Shown here piece by piece: positions 12,707-25,584 of a DNA stretch of 64,000 nucleotides (positions are counted from its first letter, which is position 1; each line of letters opens with the position of its first letter). Where the stretch lies: the NCBI GenBank assembly GCA_964106915.2, contig OZ066916.1. One strand, given 5' to 3'. The position numbers were made by a program, and so were the translations under genes. The notes under the pieces are model-generated. The model was not told where the DNA came from, did not search any database, and was given only the letters and a program-made list of their open reading frames with translations. The DNA comes from Podarcis gaigeae. Its lineage: Eukaryota.

Positions 12707-14247
12707 CCATATATAAATGTGCCTGCTGTTTCTTCACTCCAGATAATAATAGTGAAGGGATTTTTTTACTGACTTGAGGTTCCACTGTATCTTGTAGTGT
12801 CTACAACACAGTACCTGTAATGCTTATGAGCCATTAAGAAAATATTTAGGCTAATGTTTCTTCAAAGGGAAATGTGAATCATTTATAATAAAACTCAGTT
12901 TTAACCATTCTTCTGCAACCTTTTTTTCTTTTGTCCGCCTCAGAGCCTCCTGCCCCATTTCATGTTCTGTATAACAAAAATGTTTTCATTTAGAATACAT
13001 CATACAAACTCTGGCAGTTACATGCAAGAGTAATGGAGCAGAAAATTTCCCATGTCCTGCTATAATGGCTGAAAAGGACAGCTTGGCGGATTGCAAATGG
13101 AAACTTAAAAATACATTCCTTGCTAAACAGAAATATTGGAAAATCAGTGATCTGATTAATTTCTCTCAAATGCCTATATGTTCAATTTTGGTGGCCACAG
13201 TATAATGCCTTGTTGTTGGTGCATCTGTTTTTATTACTGAGACATGCCTAAGAACTAGTTCTGTGACACTGAACGCCTGTAGAAAACCTATGGCTCACCT
13301 GCAGGGATTTCTGTGGTAGTCTTCATCCTTAGCGCAAACTAGGCTGTGAGCAGAGAAAGGATAGCCCGTGTCACACTCACACTAAAATATGCTTTTTAAT
13401 AGATATTTGTTTGAGACCTCAGTCTATCTTCAGATATGGAGTTGCCACTCAGTTTTGCTAGAATTTGCAGAGACTCCTGTCACATGAGCTGAATTTAATT
13501 GATAAATCAAAACAGCACCATGTATTCGTCTGTTGTTACGATGCTTATTAACTAAGATTGGATACCATTTCCACTTCCTAGGGATCTAGGATTTCTCTAA
13601 CTGTAGCCTATTTATTTTCATAGGCTGGTTCCTTGTGAAGCATCTCATATCACCAGTTTCACTATCAGCATGCAATGGGAGCAAAGAACACCCAACAGTG
13701 TTGTGTTTGTAGGCAGGTAGTGGATGCATGTCCACTCCGCCAGCAGCCTTTTGCACTTCCAGTGCTGCATCTGTGCATCTGAAACCTCTATTGATGGTGC
13801 AATGTGTCCTGAATGACAGGGGGAAAGGCTCAATGCCCAGAACATATTCCCACAGGCACGACTGTTTGAGTGACCTCTGTTCTATAGACATGGCATTCCT
13901 CTGCCCATCAAACCAAGATGCTGCTGCTGGAATAAGATCTCAGTGGAGATGTCAGCTTCATTCTAGAAAAAAAAGATCACCACTGACACAAACAAATGTG
14001 CTGAGTATTTTCTCAGTCTAGTGTCGCTTCAGGCTTTCTGAGTGATGACTGTCACCTAACTGCAGGTGATGGCTTCTCAGCATCCCCAGGCTTACACATG
14101 GTGGTGGCAGAGGCAGAGCGGATCTAAATGACCAACAAATTGGCATTAAATTTCAAGTAAAACTTCCTAGTATCTTTGGAAGCCTGGCAAAAGTGAAAGT
14201 GTATCCCCTTGAATTCGTTTGGCTGGTAGGTATCGAAAAGGAAAAGG

Positions 14248-14382
14248 CAGGCTTCCTCAACCTCGGCCCTCCAGATGTTTTAGACTACAGTTCCCATCAT
14301 CCCTGACCACTGATCCTGCTAGCTAGGGATCATGGTAGTTGTAGGCCAAAAACATCCGGGGGGCCAAGGCTGAGGAAGCCTG
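14248..14382. mobile_element. 135-bp palindromic hAT-type MITE
   Basis: Long TIRs CAGGCTTCCTCAACCTCGGCCCTCCAGATGTTT / AAACATCCGGGGGGCCAAGGCTGAGGAAGCCTG; near-TSD GGAAAAGG vs GGAAAGGA; decayed relatives near 1920-2410, 8530-8648, 16158-16270, 57840-57955. Confidence 0.8.
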
Positions 14383-14401
14383 GGAAAGGAATATGCTAAA
14401 G

Positions 14402-15430
14402 AGAGTTGGGGTGAGGGCTGTGTTCTCACCCCAATTATCTTTGGCATGTTCTTCTTCCTGTTGCTCTCCTATGCCTTCAGCTTGACTGAAGACTGTGTGT
14501 ACATCCATTCAAGGTGTGACAGGGGCCTGTTCAATCTAGCACATTTCCGCACCAAGAGAAAAGTGTGTTGGGTCCTTATCCAAAAGATGTTTGCAGATGT
14601 CGCAGCCTCGACAGCGCACTCTGAGGAAGCTCTGCAGGGACTCATCAACCATTTTGCTCAAGCCTGCAAGGAAACCAGCCTTACCATCAGCCTGATGAAG
14701 ACCAACATCCTGGGTCAGGACATTGCCAGCACCCCACACATCAGCATTAGTGATCACACATTTGAAGTGGTAGACAATTTTGTCTACCTGGGTTCCACTA
14801 TAACCAGCAACCTCTCAATCAGCGCTAAGCTGGACTAGCGTATTAGCAAGACAGCTATGAAGAAGGCTCACCTCTCCAAAAGGGTTTGGGAGAATGTGAT
14901 GTTCATGTCAATACCAAGATGACGGTCTACCAGGCTTGCATGTTGAGCATGCTGCTTTACGGAAGTGAGCCATGGGCAACTTAGATCTGCTTCCACATCT
15001 TCCACATGTGCTGCACCAGGAAGATTTTGGGTATCATATGGCAGGACAGAGTTGCAAACAAGGATGTGCTGTCTATTTCAGCTTGGTCATGTCCACAGAA
15101 TGGAAGATGGCAGATGGAAGGTGGCTTCAGGCACTAGGCCTATTGGCAAACCAACATTGCATTACAAAGATGTCTGGGCAACATTAACTCCACCATGTGG
15201 GAATCCCTTGCAGACAACCGCAGGGCCTGGAGACATCAATGACTAGAGGAGGAATGACCACTGGGAGGAGTGCAGGGAGAAGAAATGCCATGGCGCACCT
15301 GTAGCAGGACAGCAGGTCACCTTCATCTGTCCCAGCTGCTACAAAACATGTTTCTCCTGTATTGGTCTCTACAGCCACACAGCAAGTGCTCAAAGAGACA
15401 CTTTCCATTGTCTCCTGAGACAGACAGCCA
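14402..15430 (+). mobile_element. 5'-truncated, decayed RTE-clade LINE (RT C-terminal half and 3' end)
   Basis: ORF 14446..14838 FFFLLLSYAF...GLFNLAHFRTKRKV...MFADVAASTAHSEEALQ...TISLMKTNILGQ...VVDNFVYLGSTI is RTE-type RT; downstream LGHVHRMEDGR and GTRPIGKPTLHYKDV; many stops and frameshifts. Confidence 0.85.
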
Positions 15431-18400
15431 AAAGGAGCTTTATAGTCTTGTGATAGTTTGAGATTATCTTTCTTTGATCTCAGAGTACTAGCACTAATGT
15501 GATTCTGGGCTTTGGAATCTGTGCCTTTGACCAGCAGCCCCTATGGTATAGGGAAGGAAGCACCCAGTTGGAGGGCAGTAGGCAAAAATATATAGGAATA
15601 AATATATTCATTTACTTATATGTCCACAAGCATTTCATAAGTTTATTTCACAATAAGCCCGTCTTCTGTGAGCTGTTCTATTTCAATCACATTTCAAACA
15701 GTCTATAGCTCTATGAAGCTATAAATATTCTTTAAACTGAGATTTTCCTAGATTAATATCCCTAGGTTGCACACACAAAAATTGCTTCAAGGACTGTATT
15801 TTTCTGTATTAGATATAAATGGAGAACTCTTGATAGCATGTATGCGAGGTTAAGCACTGCTGAGGGCAAGATTGCTGTGTTTGGCTGCCTTCAAATCTCC
15901 ATTTCACCATGAATCTTGCAAGCTAGCCTTGGGTAACTCACTGACCGTGCTCAGCTGTCGTGTTAAAGTAAACCATAGCCTCAAATTGGCTTGTTTCAAA
16001 CAAATCAAAGTTCAGCTGACAGGAGAAGCTGTGGTTTTCAGAACTAGAACCCAAAGCTTCCGAGTCCTCCTCATGGCCACTCTAGGGAAGATGAATTGTT
16101 TGTGCCAGAAGCTCACCTAGGCTTATTCATGTCATGCTTAAGCTATTGCTTAGCCACAGGCATAGCTAACTTGGTGCCCTCCAGTTGTTGTTGAACTAAA
16201 ACTCCCTCACCATTGGCCTCGTGAATTGTGATTTAACAACATCTGGAAGACAACATGTTGGCTACCACTAGTTTGATATTGGGTTTGTTGCTGGGTTTCT
16301 TTTTCTTTTTTTTGTATTTTTGTTTTAGATCTTATGACTTATGTGGAAATTGTTTAATTTGGTCATGTTCCTTTTTGATATTTTATTTATTGTTTATGAC
16401 TACTTTTGTTATGTTTGTAGTTACGCATTGTTTCATGTTGTAAGCCACCTTGAGCATGGCATTAATCATGGAAAGGCAGCATACAAATAAAAATATGTCT
16501 GTATGTATTATATGACTTGCAAATATTATCCCTTTATCTTGCCAAACCTGACTGCCATTGCTTTGGGTGAAATCTTAAGTCCCACCTAGTCCCTATTCAG
16601 TTCAGTAGGACTTACTTCTGAGTAGATGTAGTTAGGATTGTGCTGTAAATTCATATGTTTGAAGCTGTAATTTTAAATGTACTTAATAAATGTGAGTGAT
16701 CAGAGTTGTACCTGAACCTATGATGCAAATTGAAATCTTGAAGTGTGAGAAATAACCCCTTATTAAATATATTTACATGCTTCTTGTTAAGGCTTGCTAA
16801 AGTCGATCTGCTTGCTAGCTCACATGCTTTGTTGTCATACAATCCGTATACTGCATGATGCTCTCCAAAGTAACTCAAAACTTTGTTGATTCCTGCAGCA
16901 GAAGGAAAGGATATTGCTCAATAAAATAAGTAAACAGACATTACATGCAGTTCGACTTATTTGACTTTTTTTTTACAGCAGCCAGAATATTGTCTGCTTG
17001 TTTCTTCAGCTAATCAAATAAATGTTTAAACGTTTACATCTCTTTTAGCAGGGAAGATTCAAGGCTTCTTTTAGCTGTAGTTTTTGCAATGAAGGAAATT
17101 AGGAAGTCCACGTTTTTTGCACTCGAGACGGAAAGTTTACTTCAAAGCTTTGCCAAATTTGTAAAATATTTGAGAGGTCTGATTATCTACACTAGCTCTC
17201 AGAAGCTTTGGCCAGAAGCTAGTCCTTTGTTTATACATTAATTTTATATCATCATGTGAAGTTTTATGTTCGTTCAGAAAATACATGCCTGGTGCTTACC
17301 TGCAGATCCGAAGCGTCCTGATTCAAAATATAAACAAAACTGGCTGTAATTAGAATCTGAGTCCTCCAGAATGTCTTTGAATATTTGCCAAAGAAATGCT
17401 AGTTGTGTGAAATTCTAACTGAAGATACTTATGCTCCCTCAAAAGTTCCAAGGAACAGGGTGGCTTTTTAGATGCAGAGACGAGAGAGATTGCTCACAGC
17501 ATAAACAAGAGTAAAGAGAGACAGAGTAGAATCTGGATTTTGTTAACACAGGATGCAGCTGGTACTTTTCCCTAGGATAATTTGAGGTGGGGGGAGGACT
17601 CTCTCCACCTTCCTTTGACAATGGAATCTACTGTGCAGTGTAAATCTTACTCGTTTATAGTCAGCTTGGGTAACCAAAGTATCCCTTAAAAGAGATGAAA
17701 GGAAAACATGAATTTACAAAGATCATATCTAGGGTAAAGCACTTACAGCACAAACCTTTTCTTTTAAATACCAAATAAACACAGCAAAGCCAAATATTTG
17801 CTTCTCACAAGCCAGAGAACAAATTTACTTCTTATATATAGCAGCTTCTGCTGTCTCTTTGCGTGCAGTTTGTGGGTGAGGTGGCGGATAAAATGTTCCC
17901 TCTCTCTTCATTACTATGGCAGAACTTGGCCTGAATGAACCATTTTCTCCTTAGGTACGCTGTCGCTTCCTTCCGTTTCGGGCTTCTTGTCATGGGGAGA
18001 ACCTTGCAGTGATCCGGTTGCCATTCCAGCTGGAAAGCTCATTTGGCTTTTGGTTTGGTCTAAGTAATGAAGGAAAAGGAGGCTGTGTGCATTTGTTTTA
18101 TATGGAAAATAGCTCTGGAGAGAAGGGGACAGGGAGAGAACGAAGAAGCTCTAGCATTATTTTTCCTAGTGCTTTAACTTTTGTGCTATACTTCCGGTCT
18201 TCGCTAAGTTTTTACACGTGCCTCGTTTCAACCCAGAAAAAGAGACCGTGAAAGTTCCTTAGATGGTTTCACAGGATGCTTTGCTTTCTTGCTTCAAAAT
18301 AATTGAAATCAAGCTAACCAATATGCAAAATTGAGTGCAGTTTTCTACACAATGGAATGGTGTAGCAGCCTGAATAAACTACTTGCTACTACATGCGGTC

Positions 18401-19528
18401 TGAGGAATTTTGACATTTGCTATTTTCCAGATATCCAAGATGTGTTATGTCAAGGCATTTACAATTACACTCTGGCCCAGTGAAGTTCCTGATACCTTCC
18501 CCATGGTTCAGCGAAGGAGAGCCCCCCCCCCCCCCCGGCCATGGGTTCATATACTGCTGCTGCTTCCTCCCTTCTCATTCATGATTCCTTCTTCTCCTTT
18601 TTTAGAGCTTGCCACCATGCAGTGTTACGTCTGTAGCAATATAAATGCTTAGCTGAAGCCTACTTCTGACCATGGTTGCAAACTCTAGTCAGAATCTAAG
18701 CATGTCTAGCTTTACCATCAGCGTTGACACAATGCTATATCATCTGAAAACATAATGCTAGCTCTGAAAAGGGGACGGAAAGAGTCATTCCCCCTAAGAG
18801 CAGAGGAGGGAGCAGGAAGGAAAACTCAACCCCACAGGGCACTCCTGCACTCCTAATTATAGCTGGGAAATCGGAAATGTCCCATCTGCATCATGTCTGG
18901 AAAATAACTTGACCATATTGTAATTCCTTTTCAATAGTTGTACAATTGTCTTACTTGTGTGTCTTAATGAGACAGGAAAAAGACATTATTAAACTAATTC
19001 CCACTCTCTGCTTAGACCTAAGGCAAGATACAAAAATCTGAGCTGAGGACAGGATTGGTGGAATGGCTGATGATGTCACAAAGTCCCCCCCCCCCCCCAC
19101 TAGCAACTGGCCCCAGATAGACATTTGATAATATTGTTACAGGAATTAGCTGCAGCTGGCTGGGAACTGAAAGGAAGTGGGAAAAGAAGTGAAGTTAATT
19201 AAGTGTTGAGGTTGTAGAAGAGGACAGAGGGAAAGGAATTATTATGGAAGTGCAGAAGCTGTTCACATCTGGGTACGTAATTTATGGTGGTTACTAGTCT
19301 TGTGTTGCTTATCTGGGCCTTCACATGGTAGAAGGAAGAGGAAGGTTGGCAGGAGAAAGACAGAAGGAACCAATTATGTTTCTTTTGGTAAATATATCTA
19401 CTAATAAGGCTTGAATAGGACCATGTCATAGTGAGAGTTAAAGCAGGTTGTCATACCAAGGAGATTAATATGGTCAAACATCACTTCTTCATCTTTCATT
19501 GCAATTACAGTACTGTGTACAGAACACT

Positions 19529-19560
19529 GAGCCATCTAGTGACCACATAATATATTGCAA
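19529..19560 (-). promoter_or_regulatory. Candidate CTCF site with upstream motif
   Basis: Minus strand TTGCAAT-ATATTATG-TGGTCACTAGATGGCTC matches core CCACYAGRKGGC-like plus TGCART upstream motif at typical spacing. Confidence 0.55.
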
Positions 19561-19905
19561 GGTAAACAAAAGATAATGGAAACACTGAAAAGAAAAAGAG
19601 TTTGGCAGTACTAATGAAATGATGATATGTGGTGGTTTAGTGATATTTCAACTAAGATTACATGTTTACCTTGTATGTTTTTTTAAAAAAATAATAATCT
19701 GAGTTCATGTATTTGTACTGGACTGGTGATTTCCAGTCAGTTCCTGAACACATCTAGATTGAGACAACTTGCTTATCTCCTAACTTCCCCATCCTAGTTG
19801 CATTCACCGTTTCTTTATTTTGCTCCTTTTCTGTGTGCTTCTGCTTTGCTTGTTAGTACTGCTACGCCTGTATGTTACCCTAACCGGGCATCTCTTCTGT
19901 TTTAG

Positions 19906-19956
19906 GAGAAACCCGATGCCAGCTCCACATCCCTACAGCTGCGATCCCAGATTGAA
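19906..19956 (+). CDS. SASH1: SASH1 coding exon (~exon 3), EKPDASSTSLQLRSQIE
   Basis: ctcttctgttttag acceptor, GAA|gtaagc donor, 51 nt, phase 0/0; matches recalled human EKPDASPTSLQLRSQIE. Confidence 0.95.
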
Positions 19957-20080
19957 GTAAGCACAATGGCTGCAATGATCTATTTTTGTTTCTGCCTTCA
20001 ATTTGGTATTCTGCATCAGTCAGATAATAAAGCCTGCCATTGTTCAGCCTCAACTCAAAGCAATGAATCTTCTCTTACAG

Positions 20081-20130
20081 GAATCCCTTGGCTTCAGCAG
20101 TGTGGTATCAACACCAGAAACAGAAAGAAA
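20081..20130 (+). CDS. SASH1: SASH1 coding exon (~exon 4), ESLGFSSVVSTPETER(K)
   Basis: tctcttacag acceptor, AA|gtaagt donor, 50 nt, after a 124-nt intron; human ESLGFCSAVSTPEVERK. Confidence 0.95.
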
Positions 20131-21074
20131 GTAAGTTTTACTCTTTCCTTGTTCATTAAATTTTACACAAACTACCAATTCACATGAAAGTATTTTCTTT
20201 ATATAATCCCACAAAATAAGTTACTAAAACAAAATTAGTACCAAACTTTTCTTTCTCTGTCTGCTAGTGTCCTTTTTTCTTTCCCTACCTTTCCCAATTG
20301 ATATTATATTCTGCCACTTCATTGTTGTTGTTTTAAATACGTTAAAATAACAATACTTGACAGGATTAAGATATGTTCCTTTTACGCTGTCTGAATAAGA
20401 AGGGAGGGGAAAACAGAGAGCAAAGCAAATGCCTGCTTAGGCATTTTCATTCATGCTTTAGAGTTTTATATATAAGTCTCAGCCTCCGAGTTTCATACCT
20501 TAAATGTCAGAAGTTGTTGTGTCGGTAGACAGATGAGTTTCCCCTGTAACCTTAGGAAGTGTCCTTAAGGCAGCTGCACGGTAGAATATTGTCTGAAGAG
20601 GGCAAGTCGTTTTAAAATTACCAGAGGTTATGGGCATTTGATGCCATGTAGAAAACTTGAGTGGCCAAAAGAGACATGATTTAGGCCTGCACTCATCAAA
20701 TGTGACAGTTTGATTGATTGGTGCTAGCCTCATTCCCCTAGATGAGCAGTATTGCCTCGTCAATCCAGGCAGTTACATGCTTGTAAAATCTGCTTGCAAA
20801 AGAATGTTCTTTTACTCTTCTAGCTATAGCCATTGAACTCGTCTTGTCTTTTCCTTATACAAAGTAAATGAAAATGCTTGTGTAGTTTTCTGCTAAGGCC
20901 CTTCTACACATGAATAATGTGCTTTTGATACTATGCTTGATATAAGTTGTAGTAGAATAATCTAGATATTGATGGAAATTATGTGGATCCCAAAGAAAAC
21001 TGGGTATGGGATGGTGTGATTTCTAGTCTGAAGTCCTCCTTGGGCCCATTTTTGGGCCAGGGAATACGTGCATA

Positions 21075-21079
21075 TGTGT

Positions 21080-21117
<38 letters not shown>
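21075..21117. repeat. (GT)n microsatellite
   Basis: Direct observation. Confidence 0.95.
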
Positions 21118-21119
<2 letters not shown>

Positions 21120-21978
21120 GCTGGTGGTTGAACAGTGTGATGAGTCCATTTTGAAACCTTCTTTTTTTTTTTTTGCAGAAGTAGTGTTCCCATTTTAAGT
21201 ATCACAATGATACCCTTCTTTCCTTTTAGCAACCCGCCCTTTAGAGGAATTTGAATTTTAGTCCACAGGTTTAAAAAAGTTGATCGTGGAAGCAAAAATC
21301 AGATCACAGCTTGTCTGTCCTGCTTTGCCTCAGTTGCCCCTTTGAGGTGATTGCCTAAGTAATTACTAGAACTTTTATCTCATTTTGTAAGAATCAAATC
21401 TCCCCTAAAAGGTCACTCTACTGAAATAGTTTTAAGGAGAAAGTTATTTTAAAAATCTCTAACTGTAAAAATCTGTAAACTTCAGCTATGCACACTTTGA
21501 ATTGAGCAGGAAAAGGGTGTTGGGTCATAAAGGTCCACAGACTGCAGTGGGGATGAGAGGCAGATATTGGTTTAAGTTACGGAAAATGTGTGAGTTGCAA
21601 TCTATGCAGAATCAGTGAATCATATAAACTCAGGTATACACTAGAGCAAGTCTTTCCTTTCTTGTGAGAAGTCTTAGCACCAAAATTTAGAAATCTTTTG
21701 GTTTCGCCTGACAGAGGAGAAATTGTCTAGAAGCTACTGAGTCACAAGGCAAGCCAGTGCTCATGAGCGACTCCATATGATGTTGTCAGCATTTATATTA
21801 CATTCCAAATGTCATCCCTAACGTTCTTGTTTTGGATGAAGTGGTTCACAAAAGATGTGAGGCTGCCTTTGAAATTTCGAATACTATGGCATGATGATGA
21901 TGTACCCCTGCCCTTCCCTAAGAGATTATATCATTTATTTAAAAACTAGAACATAGTATTAGTGAATAGCTAATTTGC

Positions 21979-22049
21979 CTGGCGTGCCTGGTGTGCTCTG
22001 GTCCATGGGGTCACGAAGAGTCAGACACAACTAAACAACAACAACAACA
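21979..22049 (+). mobile_element. BovB/RTE (or Sauria SINE-like) extreme 3' end with (CAA)n tail
   Basis: cctggtgtgctctggtccatggggtcacgaagagtcagacacaactaaac(aac)n; 7-bp TSD AATTTGC (21972-21978, 22050-22056). Confidence 0.8.
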
Positions 22050-25000
22050 AATTTGCTAAGATATACCATGAAGGCCTCACTGGATCTAAGGACGATAGTT
22101 TAATGTGTTTAACCTAGAACAGTCTTAATCACCTAGAAAAATGTAATTGGGGGTTTCATTTTGAAATGTGGATGAAAGGCACTGAACCTTCCCGTTCCTG
22201 CTTGTAGCTCTGCTTCCAAGCACTTTTTGCCCAGTCATTGTCACACAAAATACTGAGGGGGGAAAGTGCTTGGGAAAAGAAGTTTTCATTGGAAGGGTTT
22301 GCACTATTGTTTCTCTTACCAGTATTATTCTCTTCTGCTGTTAACAATCCAACACTACACACCTTTTCTATGCAGAGGGTTGGATTACATGACCCTTGGG
22401 ATCCCCTCCAACTCTCCAGTTTTATGATTTAAGATAGATTATGTGTTAAAGCACACAGAAAAACAACCATTGTCTAGTTTGCTTGTACGTCCCACTGTAG
22501 ATTAGTGTAGCTTTCCAATGGGCCCAAGAAATTTGGGGAACACATTTCTTTGACTTGAATGTGCACACTAGCCATAACTAGTGACCATAACTAGAAGCAG
22601 CAGCAGTCATAATACACCAGGTAATATATAAGCAGGGTTTGGCTATGCAACTGCCAGCTTCTAAAGCAAGGCAGTCTTATATAGTTGAAGGAAGCCAGCA
22701 ATTTATCCCATTCTGATGTGTGGGATTTTGTTTAGAAATAAATACCCCTTTCTTGTCACGGTAATGAGTGATGTGAAATTTCCAGCATGATGTTTTAGCA
22801 GAAGTGCAACCGCCAGGAGCCATCTGCATGATGTAAGATTCTTGCCAGCAATTTTTTTTTTAAAAAAAGTTCTTCTATATGTTTAAAAGCATGTCACTGG
22901 TGCAGAATATTTTACCAGCTGCTCCACTAGATTTGTCAAGGCTGAAGTAAAACTAGTGAGAAGAATGCAACTCATTTTCACACTTTTAAAGGTCTGAATC
23001 TTTCATAGTAAATTCTTTAAAGGAAGTTTCCTCAAAAGCATAGCTAATCCTGGATCACCACTGCAATTTTTAGAATGTCTATAGATCCAAGGGTTCAGTA
23101 TGTGCACAGTAGCTTTAAAGTAGCTTACTGTACTGGGAAATCGGCAATGAATGGTATTTAGAGACCCAGGTGTGTATTGCCAAGTTCATTTTGCAAACTT
23201 TAAAGATTTCAGCTGCCTTTTGAAGACTGGTTGGAATGTTGGTTCTTTGAACCTGCTTTGTGTTTGTGAGCATACATGTTTGTATGTAGTTATGTTGCCA
23301 AAGGGGGGCGGGGGAGAGAGCTCTGGACAGTTTTGTGTATTGTGATTTAAAAACAGGTTCTCATGCTCTTTGTTTGGAGGTAGCATTTCTCCATGCCAGC
23401 CTTCAAGTAAATAGAAGATTCTCCCCAGTTCAGGGTTGTTACCATCTGTCCAAAGCCTGTGAGAACTGAGTTGGTGGTCTTGGTCCAATTTCTACTAGGC
23501 AAATACCACAAAAGCTACCATAACACTTGGCATTAGACTAAGGGAAAACTCAACTGCCTACTGTAAAATGTTACTAAATAGGCATACAGACTGAATCGAA
23601 TGGTGGAACCTCCAGAAATAAAGAAAAGCGTGTAGCATATATTGCAAGCTTCCATTGCTATAGTAACTGTCTCTTATAAAAAGGAACAGCATCTGTTTTC
23701 TGTGTATTTTCTGTGTAAGTATGGCTGTTAATGAATGTGAGATTCATAATAGGACGTACATTTTTCATTGTGAAAGAAAATAGGAGAACTTTCCCAGAAC
23801 ACTGATTAATTTTGTGTGCAACTACAAGTGTAACTTTGTTACAAAGGGATCCCCCTTGTGATATCTTGAAAGTGACAGCAGCTCTCCTGCAGTTGTTTAC
23901 TCAAGGAAAGGAGAAGAGATCTGGTGATCACTGTGTATTTGGCAGGAAATCCAGGTCAAACCAAGTCAAACCTTCTGCATCCTGTCTTTCATCCTGTTTT
24001 TAGCAGGGGAAGAGGACAGTGCATTTCCCCCTACTTTTGGGAATACATTTTGGTTTGATTGAAAATAAACCGATCTAAGCAGGCTACCTCCTGCAGCCTC
24101 TAAAACTGAAGGTATTACAAGCAGAATATGGAAGCCAAAGCAATTGTTTTCTTTCGATCTTCTTGGGGCATTCAGGAGACCCATTTAGTTAACTTAAAAG
24201 ACAACTGTCACCAGAATGTGAATTTGCACAGCATACACTGGGTGTTTAATCACTCTCTGAACCCAACTCTTTGTCAGTATAACAAAAACAGTTAAACCAG
24301 GGAAGTTTTGTGATACAATTGCAAACTGAACTTTGACACCCGTGTTTCCTTTCTGCCAAAGGCCTTTCTGCCAAATTTATTATAAATTTATTAGAGACAC
24401 TTTACGCCATAGTCCAGAGATAATTTTGACCGATTTGGCCCGTGTAGGATGTTGCAGAGCGGCATGGTTATGAATGGTCTCTGTGCACTCTGAACAGTGG
24501 GACATTTTTGAGCAGCTTTGCATTTCAGACCATGGGAGCTTCTGTGTCTTCATCAGCTGTGAGATGTGCTCACTGCTGCAGCTGTTTTGAAAGTGTAAAA
24601 TCACCATGCTGTGCACTGGTCTTGTGTGCATCTCATGATGAACTACTCACCCTGAGTGCATGCCCTGTGATATGATCTCTAGCCAGAGGGAGGAGTTTGA
24701 TGTTGTTATGATTTGAGTCTGCAACTAATTTGGTTCTTGTATTAGCTCCAGTGTTGTTAACGAAGGAGTCAGTACAGCAGAGTTGGTATACTTGCTAATT
24801 TAAATGACCGTGAGTCTCAGCAAGCAGGCAATATGCTTCCCTTTGTAAAGGAATAATTAACATGGTTTTAAAAAGTTTGTTCTCTTGGATGCAATTTTAA
24901 CAAACCCCGAAGCAGTACTGCAACTTGAGATCTAATCCAATGGGGTAATGTGGGGTTGCTACATATGTACACCCAGTCATTTTTGTTTCCCCCACCCATG

Positions 25001-25156
25001 ATACCACATCAGATCTTTTCACTTCAAAAAGCTGCCCCTTTCATTACTCTCCAACATTCTATGCAGCAGGAGGCAGTTGGAAAGGAAAATTAGCAAGCCC
25101 TGTGTATATGTACAGAAGCATTTCCTATCCTCAGCCAAATTTCTATGGGTCCCAGT

Positions 25157-25584
25157 CAGTGTTCAAAACTCCCATTGTTCTAGGCGCATTTTGTGACAGG
25201 GAATTTCATTAATACAAGCAGTTTCTGAGCTCTGAGAGCAGTACTGCACCTATGTTTTTAGATTAAAACTGCCACTGCTGGAATGAAAGGAGGACCTTTT
25301 TCTGCCTCCCCACTTCCAGCCACACTCTGAGGACTGGAGAAGGGACCCTCATAAGAATATTAAAGGGGATGGGCCGGGGAAGTATGGCTTTGAATTTTGC
25401 AGTCTTCAGATGAGGATTAGACCATGTGAAAAACGAATATAAGATTTTAGCTGCAGTTCATTCATTTTCAGCTTTATATTCTTGCTATTTAAAAAGTGGA
25501 CCTAAACACTCCATTGCAGCACCCATAACCTAGGTTTAAAGTGCCATTTAGCTCCTAGCTTTCATATCTCAGTTTCTAACACTG
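25157..25584 (+). mobile_element. Non-autonomous hAT element, family A copy 2
   Basis: Perfect 8-bp TSD GTCCCAGT (25149-25156, 25585-25592); TIR CAGTGTTCAAAACT / AGTTTCTAACACTG; colinear with 94-484. Confidence 0.9.
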
